Shown here: positions 28,936 to 40,557 of the stretch, piece after piece
How positions within the stretch are numbered: the stretch's first letter is position 1
How the letters are laid out: each line of letters opens with the position of its first letter
Origin: an uncultured Chitinophagaceae bacterium
Lineage (GTDB): Bacteria > Bacteroidota > Bacteroidia > Chitinophagales > Chitinophagaceae
NCBI GenBank assembly: GCA_963826385.1
Contig: CAWGWV010000032.1
Span: 77,220-141,219 of the forward strand
Reading direction: 5' to 3'
DNA: 64,000 nt
Position numbers and translations under genes: made by a program
The notes under the pieces: model-generated
The model's input: the letters and a program-made list of their open reading frames with translations, nothing else
What the model was told of the DNA's origin: nothing
Database searches by the model: none

Positions 28936-30040
28936 TTATTTCTTTTTTTCCTCGATCATCTTGATAAATTCATCAAACAGATACCGGCTGTCGTGCGGGC
29001 CGGGCGTGCTTTCGGGATGATATTGAACGGAAAACGCCGGTTTGTTTTTCACACGAATGCCTTCAATGCTGTTGTCATTGAGGTTAACGTGTGTAATCTC
29101 GATGCCTTCGTGGTTCCACTGCTTCGGGATCAACGCCAAATCCATGGTTCTGCGTGGTGATCTCGCATTTACCGGTGATGATATTTTTTACCGGGTGGTT
29201 CAGTCCGCGGTGGCCGTGGTGCATTTTAAAAGTCGGAATATCATTGGCCAAAGCCAGCAACTGGTGACCCAAACAAATACCGAACAACGGTTTTTCTTCC
29301 TCCAGAATGTCTTTCACGGTTCTACTGCATAATCCATGGCTGCCGGGTCGCCGGGACCATTGGAGATAAAATAGCCGTCGGGGTTAAAATCCTTCAGTCT
29401 CTTCGAAGCGATGTTTTGGCAGGATACACTTTTACATAGGCGCCCCGCTCGGTCATGCAGTTGAGAATATTGCTGTTTTACTCCGTAATCCAGCACCGCC
29501 ACTTTATAAGGCGCATTGGGATCGCCCAGTTCATAAGCTTCTGTTGTGCTGACCACGCTTGCCAGTTCAGACCGTCCATGTCGGGCACTTCCTCCAGCTG
29601 TTGCCAAAATATTTCTCGTCAAGTAATCTCGGAAGAGATGATGCAGTTCATCGCGCCTTTGGTGCGCACATGTGCAACCAGTGCCCTTGTATCCATTTCT
29701 TCGATGGCAACAACGTTGTTGTTGCCAGGTACTCTTCAAGCGAAGATTCTGCCTGGTAGCGGGAAAATTGCTCTTCCAGGTTGCGGCCGATCAGACCTTT
29801 GATTTTTACTGCCATCGCTTTCACATCTGCTTCTTTTACACCATAGTTGCCGATGTGCACATTGTTCATGATCAGCACCTGCCCGTAATAACTGGGATCG
29901 GTAAACACTTCCTGGTAGCCGGTCATGCCGGTATTAAAACAAATTTCGCCGGTGGTGGTTCCAATTTTTCCAAAAGCTTGTCCATGTAGTACTGTCCCAT
30001 CGGCAAGTACTAAAATCGCTGGCTGTTGTGTTGCTGGCAT
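28936..30040 (-). CDS. carA: Carbamoyl-phosphate synthase small subunit (several indels)
   Basis: [52 protein letters not shown] spread over shifting frames. Confidence 0.95.
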
Positions 30041-30123
30041 TATCAATTCAGAGGTTTTTTTGCAAAGAAAAATAAAATGTAGGCAGTGAAACGTGAAAAC
30101 TTGGCAACGCCGTTACCGGTTGC

Positions 30124-30157
30124 AAAAAAGGCAAAACCGGAGAACGGTTTTGCCTTT
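30124..30157 (-). terminator. Terminator of the alpha operon after rplQ
   Basis: AAAGGCAAAACCG-gagaa-CGGTTTTGCCTTT, giving a U-run on the minus strand. Confidence 0.8.
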
Positions 30158-30179
30158 ATATCTGAAAGAACGTCATGTG

Positions 30180-30731
30180 TTATTCTGCTGCTTTGTCTTC
30201 TGCTGGAGCTACATCGGTAACCGGTTCGCCGCCTTCGTTGGTAACGATGGGCTGTTCGGTAGTTGTGTTGCTGCCTGCGTGCCGGTTTTGGCACCACCGC
30301 GACCGCGACGTGTTCTTCTTGGCTGGTTCAGTAGCTGTTGCCACGTTTTTACCGTAGATTTCGTTGAAGTCAACCAGTTCGATCATTGCTATTTCGGCAT
30401 TATCACCTACTCTTGTACCCAATTTGATGATGCTGGTATATCCACCGGGACGGCCTGCCACTTTTGGCGCTACCACGGTAAATAGTTCTTTTACCGCAGC
30501 TTTATCCTGCAGGTAACTGAACACGATGCGGTGGTTGTGCTGATCTCGTTTATTGTCTCTTTCTTGGTTTTGGTGATCAGTGGTTCAACATAAATACGCA
30601 AAGCTTTTGCTTTAGCCAAAGTGGTAACGATCCGTTTATATGTGATCAGCTGGCAGGCGAGGTTGCATAGCAGCGCTTTCCTGTGTGAAGCTGTTCTTGC
30701 CTAAGTTGTTGATTTTGTCTCCGTGACGCAT
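30180..30731 (-). CDS. rplQ: 50S ribosomal protein L17 with C-terminal extension (indels)
   Basis: [10 protein letters not shown]..., [37 protein letters not shown]. Confidence 0.95.
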
Positions 30732-30834
30732 GACTGTTGTTGTTTAATTTCGCTCTGTACCGTGTCAGGAATTACAGAGTTACTGATGATAAAAAATGGC
30801 AGTAAACAGTTTCCTGCTTACGCCTTGCGATTAC

Positions 30835-31834
30835 TTATTTATCGTCATCGTCCAGTTTCAGTTTCTCAGGTCCATTCCGAAGCTCAAGCCTCTTTCTGCA
30901 AACCTGTTCAATTTCGCTCAAGACTTCTGACCGAAGTTGCTGAACTTCATCAGGTCTTCCTGTTCGTATTGTACCAGTTCGCTCAGTGAATTGATCTTGG
31001 CTGCTTTCAGGCAGTTGAAGGCACGTACAGAAAGATCGAGGTCTTCCAACGGTGTTTTCAAAACTTTGCGCAGTTGAAGAGTTTGTTCATCTACCAGGTC
31101 TTCTTTCTTATCTTCCTTAGTATCGAAAGTGATGTTTTCGTCGGTGATGATCATCAGGTGCTGGATCAGGATACGGCTGGCCTGTTTAACGGCTTCTTCC
31201 GGATGAATGGTACCATCGGTAGTTACTTCCATGATCAGTTTTTCGTAATCGGTACGTTGTTCAACACGGTATTTTCGATCGCTGTATTTTACATTTTTGA
31301 TCGGTGTATAGATGGAATCAATGGGAATATATCCGAAATGGAATCTTTTACTTTGTTTTCTTCTGCAGGAACATAACCGCGTCCTTTGCCGATGGTGATT
31401 TCGATATCCAGCTTAGCGGAAGTATCCATTGTGCAGATCAGCAATTCAGGGTTCATCACTTGGAAAGCTTGGTGTGGCTTCTGCCGATCATGCCTGCGGT
31501 GAATTCAGTTTTATTTTTGATAGAAAGTGAGATTTTTTCGTTGGTGACTTCCTGGTCAACTTTCTTTTTAAAACGAACCTGTTTCAGGTTCAGGATGATT
31601 TCAGTAACGTCTTCTGTAACACCTTTAATAGTGGCAAATTCATGATCAGCTCCTTCGATTTTGATCCCAACGATGGCATAGCCTTCCAGTGAGCTCAGCA
31701 GATACACTGCGCAAAGCGTTTCCGATGGTTACACCATAACCGGGTTCAAGCGGACGAAATTCAAACTGTGCTTCAAAATCAGTTGCTTTCTGAAGAACAA
31801 TTTTGTCAGGTTTCTGAAAATTTAAAATAGCCAT
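30835..31834 (-). CDS. rpoA: DNA-directed RNA polymerase subunit alpha (indels)
   Basis: [50 protein letters not shown]. Confidence 0.97.
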
Positions 31835-31951
31835 ATTAAAATTGTATGTTTATTGTTCTGATGCCTTATTAGGGGCGGAGCTTTTGATGAATTTACAAAT
31901 TCCGTGTTCAGAAGGGTTGTGCGACGGTGCTTTCGCAAGGGTGACTAAGGA

Positions 31952-32551
31952 TTATTTACTATACAATTCCACGATCAGTTGTTCCTTGATGTTTTCAGGA
32001 ACACTTTCTCTTTCAGGATAAGTAATGAAAGTACCTTTCATTGTCGTTTCGTTCCAGTCGAGCCAGCTAAACTTTGGGATTTTTACCGCGATCTGGCTGG
32101 TGATAGACGTATTTTCAGCTGCTTTTTCTTTCAAACCGATGACATCTCCTGGTTTCAGCTGGTAAGAAGGAATGTTACACTTCACCGTTAACGGTAATAT
32201 GTTTGTGGCAAACCAACTGGCGTGCAGCCGGGCGGGAAGGAGCAATACCCATGCGGAAAACAGCATTGTCCAGACGTGCTTCCAGAATTTGATCAGGTTT
32301 TCACCGGTAACGCCTTTACGGCGGGCAGCTTCTTCAAAAGTTTTGCGGAACTGGCGTTCCAACACACCATAAGTGTATTTGGCTTTTTGTTTTTCTCGTA
32401 GCTGCAGTGCATATTCCCAGGGTTTTACGTTTGCGGGTAGCGCCATGCTGACCGGGAGGATTGCTGTTTTTGCTTAACCATTTGCCATTGCCTAAAATTG
32501 GCTCTCCAAAGATCCGGGAGATTTTGGTTTTGGGCCTGTGTAACGTGCCAT
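31952..32551 (-). CDS. rpsD: 30S ribosomal protein S4 (indels)
   Basis: MARYTGPK..., [36 protein letters not shown]. Confidence 0.96.
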
Positions 32552-32705
32552 AATTTGATTTGTTGATTTTTTAGTGACGGTGCTGCATCATTAAAAATCT
32601 AAAAATGAATCAGCAACCCGTTTTATTGTTAATGTTAGATTGATGATTTCGGAATGATGAATTTCGGACAATCTAAAATCTGCCTTCAGAAATCATGCAA
32701 TCAAA

Positions 32706-33115
<410 letters not shown>

Positions 33116-33142
33116 AATAATTGATAGGTAATCTTTAACCGC

Positions 33143-33255
33143 AGGCATGGTGTTATAAAACAAACATCCCGCCCATGGGGCGAGACCTGGAAAACCCTGC
33201 TTCAGTAGGAACACTGACATCCGGCGTTCGTCCAGATATAACAAAGCACCACGCC
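33143..33255 (-). ncRNA. Candidate structured RNA element in the rpsM-rpsK spacer
   Basis: Outer stems GGCGUGGU/ACCAUGCC and GUUAUA/UAUAAC enclose three hairpins; G-U pairs work only on the transcribed strand. Confidence 0.4.
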
Positions 33256-33276
33256 AGGAGCGTGATGCGCTGATAA

Positions 33277-33659
33277 TTATTTCTTAGGTGCTTTCTTCTT
33301 ACCGGCAACTGTCTTACGTTTACCTTTACGGGTACGGCTGTTGGTACGTGTGCGCTGACCACGAACCGGAAGCCCTTTACGGTGACGCAGACCACGGTAA
33401 CAGGCAATATCCAGCAAACGCTTGATGTTCATCTGCACTTCGCTGCGCAAGCTGACCTTCCACTTTGAATTCGTTCGTAATGATTGAACGGATGGCAGTC
33501 TGCTCTTCATCATTCCACTGGTTTACTTTTTTATCTACGTTCAATACCTGCTTTATCCAGGATATACTGAGCAGTAGAGCGACCAATACCATAGATATAG
33601 GTAAGACCAATTTCGCCTCTTTTGTTTTTTGGTAAATCAATACCGGCAATACGAGCCAT
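33277..33659 (-). CDS. rpsM: 30S ribosomal protein S13 (indels)
   Basis: [10 protein letters not shown]..., [26 protein letters not shown]. Confidence 0.97.
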
Positions 33660-33725
33660 AATTATTTTCTGATTTTCAATGTTTAATGTTCCAACCTGCC
33701 ATTACCCATAGCCAGCTGACAATGA

Positions 33726-33842
33726 CTATCCCTGGCGTTGTTTAAAGCGGGGATTCTTTTTGTTAATGATGTACAGTTTGCCTTTCCGACGAACAATTTT
33801 GCAATCGCACTTCTCTTTTTTACATGATGCTCTTACTTTCAT
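33726..33842 (-). CDS. rpmJ: 50S ribosomal protein L36 (below the ORF-track size cutoff)
   Basis: Manual translation MKVRAS...[26 protein letters not shown]; 38 aa with apparent compensating indels in codons 7-12. Confidence 0.93.
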   Translation of the reverse strand: MKVRASCKKEKCDCKIVRRKGKLYIINKKNPRFKQRQG

Positions 33843-33854
33843 AATCTTTGTTTT

Positions 33855-33889
33855 GCTGTCAGCTGTCAGCACGCAGCTTACAGCCTTTT
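33855..33889. repeat. Degenerate heptamer tandem repeat between infA and rpmJ
   Basis: GCTGTCA GCTGTCA GCACGCA GCTTACA GCCTTTT. Confidence 0.55.
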
Positions 33890-33895
33890 AATTAA

Positions 33896-34114
33896 TTATT
33901 TATACCTGAAAATGATTCTTCCTCTCGTTAAATCGTACGGGCTCATTTCCACACCCACTTTATCGCCGGGCAAAATCCTGATGTAGTGCATCCTCATTTT
34001 CCCTGAAATCGTGGCCAATATTTCGTGGCCGTTTTCCAGTTTTACCCTGAACATAGCGTTGCTCAATGCTTCCAGAATGATACCATCTTGTTTAATGAGT
34101 GGTTGTTTCGACAT
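33896..34114 (-). CDS. infA: Translation initiation factor IF-1
   Basis: [39 protein letters not shown]...[10 protein letters not shown]. Own TATCTTTG -7 box at 34136-34129. Confidence 0.99.
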   Translation of the reverse strand: MSKQPLIKQDGIILEALSNAMFRVKLENGHEILATISGKMRMHYIRILPGDKVGVEMSPYDLTRGRIIFRYK

Positions 34115-34193
34115 ATTTTTTGGGAGCGCAAAGATAATGCTTTACAATAAATAAAGGAAACTTTAAGATTAATTTTACGAATTCACCTGCTTT

Positions 34194-34682
34194 TTATTTC
34201 CAAACGAAAAATAACGTCTGGCTCAGATAACTGAATGCCACCACAAAAATCGTGGTCGCTATTTTAGAAGGCGTCGGGTACCAGCCAAGAAATAGAATGA
34301 AAAATTTCAGAAATATATAATTGAGAAAAAAACAAATGATTACAATCATCAGGTAGCGGATCAGTTGCACCCGCCCGCGCAGGCTCGACTCCGGAAATAC
34401 CACATAGCGGCTAAGGTAAAAACCGGTAAAAAAGCTGACAAATGAGGCCGTAATGAGCGACAACGTGGGTGCCGACAGTACGTAAAATCCAAGGTCAAAA
34501 TCGCGTTTTTGGTAAATAACATTGTAACTGAAGGCAAACAACGCAATATCGAACAGCATATTGGCGCCGCCGCAGGCCGCATACCGGAAGGTTTGCAGGG
34601 GTAGAAATGGACGAAAAAAAGGGTAAAAAAAATCTACCACGTTCAAAATTGTCGTCCGGATGCTGTTGTGAACTTTGTACAT
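34194..34682 (-). CDS. GtrA family membrane protein
   Basis: Four TM segments; QTFRYAACGGANMLFD, FYLSRYVVF, QLIRY, PTPSKI. Confidence 0.85.
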   Translation of the reverse strand: MYKVHNSIRTTILNVVDFFYPFFRPFLPLQTFRYAACGGANMLFDIALFAFSYNVIYQKRDFDLGFYVLSAPTLSLITASFVSFFTGFYLSRYVVFPESSLRGRVQLIRYLMIVIICFFLNYIFLKFFILFLGWYPTPSKIATTIFVVAFSYLSQTLFFVWK

Positions 34683-34812
34683 GCCAGTAAAGGAGGCGGC
34701 GAAGATAGGCGTTGAAGTGAAATGAACTTGTTAAGTTGCTGTCCGGTCATTGTGAACGATCAACCTATTATTCCCGCCCGATCTGCTATTTTTGCCACCC
34801 TAATTATTGATC

Positions 34813-36587
34813 ATGAGTGTTGTTTCTACCATAAAAACCATTGCAGCAGAAGCCCTGTCGTCGTTGTACCAGGTCGAAGCCGGGCCAGATGCCGTAACGG
34901 TCAACCTGACAAAAGCCGAGTTTGAAGGCGATTATACCATCGTCTTGTTTTCTTTTACCAAACCCACCCGCAAATCACCCGACGCCCTCGGCAACGACAT
35001 TGGCGCTTACCTGCTGCAGCACCATGCATCGGTGGTTAGCCAGTACAATGTCATCAAAGGTTTTTTAAACCTTACGGTAGCAGAAGATTACTGGCTGCAG
35101 TTTTTATCCCAACATCACCGCGAAGACAACTACGGTACGCAACCAGCCAACGGGCACCGCATAATGGTGGAATATTCTTCGCCCAATACCAACAAACCGT
35201 TGCACCTCGGTCACCTGCGCAATAATTTTTTGGGCTGGTCAATCGCCGAAATCCTGAAAGCCGGTGGCAACGAAGTCATCAAAACCTGTGTGGTCAATGA
35301 CCGCGGCATACACATCAGCAAAAGCATGATTGCGTGGCAACAGTTTGGCAGGGGCGAAACACCCGAATCATCCGGGAAAAAAGGCGACCACCTGGTGGGC
35401 GATTATTATGTGAAATTCAACGACGCCTACAAGCAGCAGGTTGCCGACCTGGTGAGCGCCGGCAAAACAAAAGAAGAAGCCGAACGGGATGCACCCATCA
35501 TGGAAGCCGCCCGGCAAATGCTGGTGGACTGGGAGAAGGGCAACGCCGAAGTGATGGACCTGTGGCGCACCATGAATAGCTGGGTGTACAAAGGTTTCGA
35601 CGAAACGTATGCCCGCATCGGCAGCGATTTCGACAAAGTGTATTATGAAAGCAATACGTACCTGCTGGGCAAAGACCTCGTGGAAGAAGGATTGCAAAAA
35701 GGCGTGTTTTACAAAAAAGAAGACGGTAGCGTATGGGTAGATTTAACCGCCGACGGGCTCGATGAAAAAGTGGTGCAGCGCAAAGACGGCACGTCAGTTT
35801 ATATCACGCAGGACATTGGGCTGGCCGAACAGAAACAGCAGGAATACGGCATGCAGAAAAGCATATATGTAGTGGGCGACGAGCAGAATTATCATTTTAA
35901 AGTGCTGAAGCTCATCTGCGAAAAACTGGGGCTGCCTTCTGCCGATGGCATTCATCATCTTAGTTATGGCATGGTAGAACTGCCATCCGGCAAAATGAAA
36001 AGCCGTGAAGGAACCGTGGTAGATGCTGACGACCTCGTGGATGAAATGCTCTCCATTGCGCAGCAAAAAACCGAAGAACTGGGCAAGGTGAACGACTTTA
36101 CACCGGTGAACTGACGGAACTTTACAATACCATCGGGCTGGGAGCGCTCAAGTTTTTCATCCTGCGCGTAGACCCCAAAAAGCGGATGATTTTTAACCCC
36201 GAGGAAAGCATTGATTTTCATGGCTTTACCGGACCGTTTATTCAATATACCCATGCGCGCATCAAAAGCATCCTGCGCAAAAATGCTGGTGAAAGCAACG
36301 GCGTGGTGTCCGGTACATTGTTGCCTGCTGAAAAAGAAATCATCGTTTCGCTGGAACAATTTAAGGGCGTGATCAAAGAGGCGGGCGACACGTACAATCC
36401 TTCCACCATTGCCATCTACATTTTCAACCTGTGTAAAACCTTCAATTCATTTTATACGCTGCATTCGGTAACATCGGCGGAGAGTGAAGAAAAGAAACAC
36501 CTGCGGCTGCAAATCTGCCATTTAACGGCTACGGTTATCAGCACCGGGATGCGGCTGCTCGGCATCGCGGTACCTGAAAGAATGTAA
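34813..36587 (+). CDS. argS: Arginine--tRNA ligase (frameshift near 36105)
   Basis: EYSSPNTNKPLHLGHLRN (HIGH), GKMKSREG, GFTGPFIQYTHARI, LLGIAVPERM. TATTTTTG box at 34787-34794. Confidence 0.97.
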
Positions 36588-36611
36588 CCGGCGAAAGTTG
36601 TCACTACGGCT

Positions 36612-37451
36612 TTAGAGTTTGGCGCCGCAGTGTTTGCAATATACTGCATCGCTGTCGTGGCTTTCGCTGCCACACACCGGGCATACGCTGGTGTGTGGTG
36701 TTTTGTCGTGGATGGCCAGCGACATTTCGTGTGTAATAATGCCCGTTGGTACCGCGATAATGCCATAGCCCAACAACATGATGATGCTGGCTACCAGCTT
36801 GCCAAGCGGCGTAACGGGCGATATGTCTCCATAGCCAACGGTTGTAATGGTAACGATGGCCCAGTAAATGCTTTGCGGGATGCTCGTAAAGCCATTGTTT
36901 CGCCCTTCTACGAGGTACATCACCGACCCCAAAATGATGACCAGTATCAGAACAAACAAGATGAAAATGCCAATCTTGCGCAGGCTGCCCCTGATGGCTG
37001 TTCGCAAAAATTGCATTTCATTCACAAAACGGGTCAGCTTAAAAATTCTGAAAACGCGCAGCAGCCGCAGCGACCGGAATACTAATAGATAATTGGCGCC
37101 TGCAAACATTACATTGAGATAAGACGGAACAATGGCCAGCAAATCAATGATGCCCAAAAAACTGGTGACATAATGCAGCGGCTTCCTTATGCTGATGAGC
37201 CGTAAGATGTATTCGATGGTGAAAAGAATGGTGAAAATCCATTCCAGCGTGCTGAACAGCTGGCCAAAGCGTTGCTCCCACTCGTCCATACTGTCCAGCA
37301 TCACCACGAGGATGCTGCCGGTGATGAGGATTAGCAGCACTACATCGAATGCTTTGCCCGCGGTAGTGTTGGATTCATATACAATGGTGTGCAGCCGCTC
37401 CTGCCATGACGTTTGCGGTTGCCCGGATGTGTTTGTTGTATTGGCTGGCAT
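36612..37451 (-). CDS. Voltage-gated potassium channel-like ion transporter with C-terminal zinc ribbon
   Basis: S4-like RSLRLLRVFRIFK, TITTVGYGD selectivity filter, CPVC...CKHC. Confidence 0.93.
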   Translation of the reverse strand: MPANTTNTSGQPQTSWQERLHTIVYESNTTAGKAFDVVLLILITGSILVVMLDSMDEWEQRFGQLFSTLEWIFTILFTIEYILRLISIRKPLHYVTSFLGIIDLLAIVPSYLNVMFAGANYLLVFRSLRLLRVFRIFKLTRFVNEMQFLRTAIRGSLRKIGIFILFVLILVIILGSVMYLVEGRNNGFTSIPQSIYWAIVTITTVGYGDISPVTPLGKLVASIIMLLGYGIIAVPTGIITHEMSLAIHDKTPHTSVCPVCGSESHDSDAVYCKHCGAKL

Positions 37452-37871
37452 GATGTGATGATTCGATGATGCTGCCACGATTTCGCGGTGCCTGACGAAG
37501 GTAACAAACCCGCGCATTCTCATTGCAGTCTTGCCGCCTGGCTGCTCAATGACCTGGTATTCTCCTTTTTGTATGGAATTTTTTACAAAAACAATCGGTA
37601 CTGTTACCATTTTAAAAAGCTCCTGCAGGTTACGCGGATGTTCGCTGAGCGTCCGTTCGATCTGCGAAGAGGTGCGCCGTTTGCTCGCAACAAAATTCAC
37701 TTTGAAGCCTGATGAAAAAACCGTCCTTTTGTCAAACTCATGTTCAGCAGGTTGACACCAAGCCGTAATCACCGGATGATTCTGTATTGCCCGATACAAT
37801 ACTCCGCTAAGCAGCGAAGTGAAAAAACAGGAATTGGCGGTATCTTATTTGTATCTTCTGGCAAAAAGTGT

Positions 37872-38270
37872 ATGGATAAAACAGCGGAATCAAAAGAAAA
37901 ACGGCCCGCCGGTCCCACCGATCATCTTGCCAATGAGCGCACCTTTCTTGCCTGGATACGAACCAGCATCGCGCTCATGGGTTTTGGTTTTGTGATTGTA
38001 AAATTTGCTTTGTTTGTCAGGGAAATCACCGTCGCTCTCGGAAGCAAAACGGGCGTTCTTCCTACCAAAGGCTATTCGGCCGTTATCGGTGTCATCATGG
38101 TTGCACTCGGCGCCATCATGTCGTTGCTGGCTTACCTGCGCTACCGGCATATCGAACAACAACTGGAGAACAATGATTATTTTCCTTCCAAATGGCTGTC
38201 TTTACTGGTTACCATCAGCATTGTCATTGGCAGCATTCTGCTCGTGATTTATTTGTCATTGAACATATAG
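37872..38270 (+). CDS. YidH/DUF202 membrane protein
   Basis: DHLANERTFLAWIRTSIALMGFG followed by TM helices. Confidence 0.92.
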   Translation: MDKTAESKEKRPAGPTDHLANERTFLAWIRTSIALMGFGFVIVKFALFVREITVALGSKTGVLPTKGYSAVIGVIMVALGAIMSLLAYLRYRHIEQQLENNDYFPSKWLSLLVTISIVIGSILLVIYLSLNI

Positions 38271-38426
38271 GCAAAGGGTTGGTGGTGAAGAAATATGATT
38301 TGCTCCCGCAGCCGTCCTGCTTCTTTTGAAAAGTCATTTCTGGGGTGACTCTATTCTTACCATTGCAAACATTCCTGTGTTACATTTACAACAGCATTCA
38401 TTGTCCACCGCAAGCAATACACTACT

Positions 38427-40369
38427 ATGAAAAAAACAAGCCTGTTCCTGTTGTTCCTTTCCGTTTGTTTATCAGCAATTATTGCGCAGCCCACTCAAAA
38501 GCCACCATTACACGGCAAGCACTGGATGGCCATTACCGGCAAGCCCTTGGGCGCCGCGGCAGGCGCTAAAATCTTTGATCGGGGCGGCAACGCGGTAGAT
38601 GCGGCCTGTGGTATGCTGGCATCCGTATGCACCATGTGGGATGTACTAAGCTGGGGTGGTGAAACACAGGCAATCATTTACAATCCGCATACAAAGAAAG
38701 TAATTGCCATCAATGCCCTTGGCGTAGCGCCAACCGGCGCCACGGTGGATTTTTTCAAAAGCAAAGGCTACAGCTTTCCGCCCGAATACGGTCCGCTGGC
38801 AGCCGTAACGCCCGGAACGCCCGGCGGGTTGTGCCTCATGCTTGCCAACTGGGGCACCATGAGCCTCAAAGAAGTGTTGCAGCCTGCCATGGAGATGGCT
38901 GCCGGTTACCCCATCGAAGCGCAGACTGCCAACGCCATCGAGCGGGGAAAAGACATGATCAAACAATGGCCGTATAGCAAAGAAGTATTTCTCACGCATC
39001 CCGGCAAAGACCGCGAAGCACCGGAAGCCGGTGAAATTTTTGTGCAAAAAGATCTGCTGGCCACTCTTTCCAAAATGGTGGAAGCCGAGCAGCAGGCATT
39101 GCGCGCGGGCAAAAGCCGCAAAGATGCCATCATGGCGGCATACAACCGTTTTTACAAAGGCGATATCGCGCAGGAAATAGTGCGGGGCAGCCGCGAACAG
39201 GGCGGCTTGTTTACCATGCAGGATTTGTCCAATTGGAAACCCATCATTGAAGAACCGCGGAGCGTGAATTACAAAGGAATTGATGTATATAAACTCGATG
39301 CATGGACACAGGGACCGGCGATGCTGCAAAGCCTCAACATTTTGGAAAATATAGACCTGAAAGCGATGGGTTACAACTCTGCCCAATACATGAATACCAT
39401 TTACCAGACCATGAGTCTGGCCTTTGCCGACCGCGATTTTTATTATGGCGATCCCTATTTTACCAAACCACCCATGAAAGGCTTGCTGGATAAGGACTAT
39501 GCAAAACAAAGAGCGGCGCTCATCAACGAAACTCATAACATTGCAGACATAACGCCCGGCGATCCCTATCCGTTTGAAGGCAAAAAAAATCCGTTATACA
39601 TCCCTGCTGAAAGAGAGGGCAAAGATTATCGGATACAAGTCAGATAAATGGTAATGATCAAGTTTTTACCCAAACACGATCGAAAAAACATCACTGCAAC
39701 TCAAGAGATCAGCGAATGTATTTGGCTGTGAATATTGCCCAGGATGATAGTGTGTACATCGACCGGCTGTGGCGCGGCACTACGAGCATTGAAGCTGCCG
39801 ACAGCGCGGCTGGGTAGTATCAATAACGCCAAGCGGCGGATGGCTCCCGCCTGCATTGCCGGACACACAGGCATTGGCATGAGCCAGCGCATGCAAAGTT
39901 TTGTGCTTGATTCCATTGTTGATCCGTTTAACGTCGTGCAGCCCGGCAAACGACCACGTGTAACGCTCACGCCTTCACTCGCGATGAAAGGGGGAAAACC
40001 ATACCTGTCTTTTGCGGTGCAGGGTGGCGATACACAGGATCAAAACCTGCTTGCAGTTTTTTTTAAACATGGTTGAGTTCAACATGACGGTGCAGCAGGC
40101 TACCGAAGCACCCAACATCAACAGCGACCAATTGTGGTTGTCGCTGGGTGGTATGCAGATAGCCGACCGGCTGCCGCAGGCAGGCGCCATCTTGATTGAT
40201 CAGTCAGACACCCGACAGCACGCAGGCGCAACTGAAGAAAATGGGGTACAAAATCAGCTATGGCAACCGAACCAGCGGACCCATCAACGCCATATTTTTC
40301 GACTGGATCCATGGCAGCCTATGGGGAGGCAGCAGCAACAATGGTGAAGATTACGGAATAGGCTGGTAA
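38427..40369 (+). CDS. ggt: Gamma-glutamyltransferase family protein (many indels after about 39600)
   Basis: GGNAVDAA, AAVTPGTPGG, FYKGDIA, LAFADRDFYYGDP, PGKRPRVTLTP, QGGDTQDQ; C-terminal GGSSNNGEDYGIGW*. Confidence 0.9.
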
Positions 40370-40557
40370 AAAAATTACATCGCCTTTGGGCAAAAAGGAT
40401 AGGCGCATCTGCATGCGTTGCCAAGGTAAAGAAACAGTGCCGGCATGATCTGATCGGCACTCTTTTTTGTTTAAGCATTGTTGCCATTGTGCCGGCAAAA
40501 GGATGCAAGGTATTTGCAACACTTACTTTTGTCATCGGAAATAAGCAGGAACCATAT

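Noticed and set aside
33185-33215. SRP RNA or hammerhead ribozyme in the rpsM-rpsK spacer
   Set aside because: GAAGCAG and CAGG occur in the wrong order for SRP helix 8, and there is no CUGAnGA...GAAA core. Kept only as an unclassified structure.
33800-33830. Novel Cys-rich L36 variant (CKKEKCDC)
   Set aside because: A +1/-1 indel pair restores the usual VKKRSADC zinc-free L36 sequence.
37452-37799. N-terminal extension or fusion on the potassium channel
   Set aside because: No recognisable motif; probably an incidentally open intergenic frame in a divergent promoter region.
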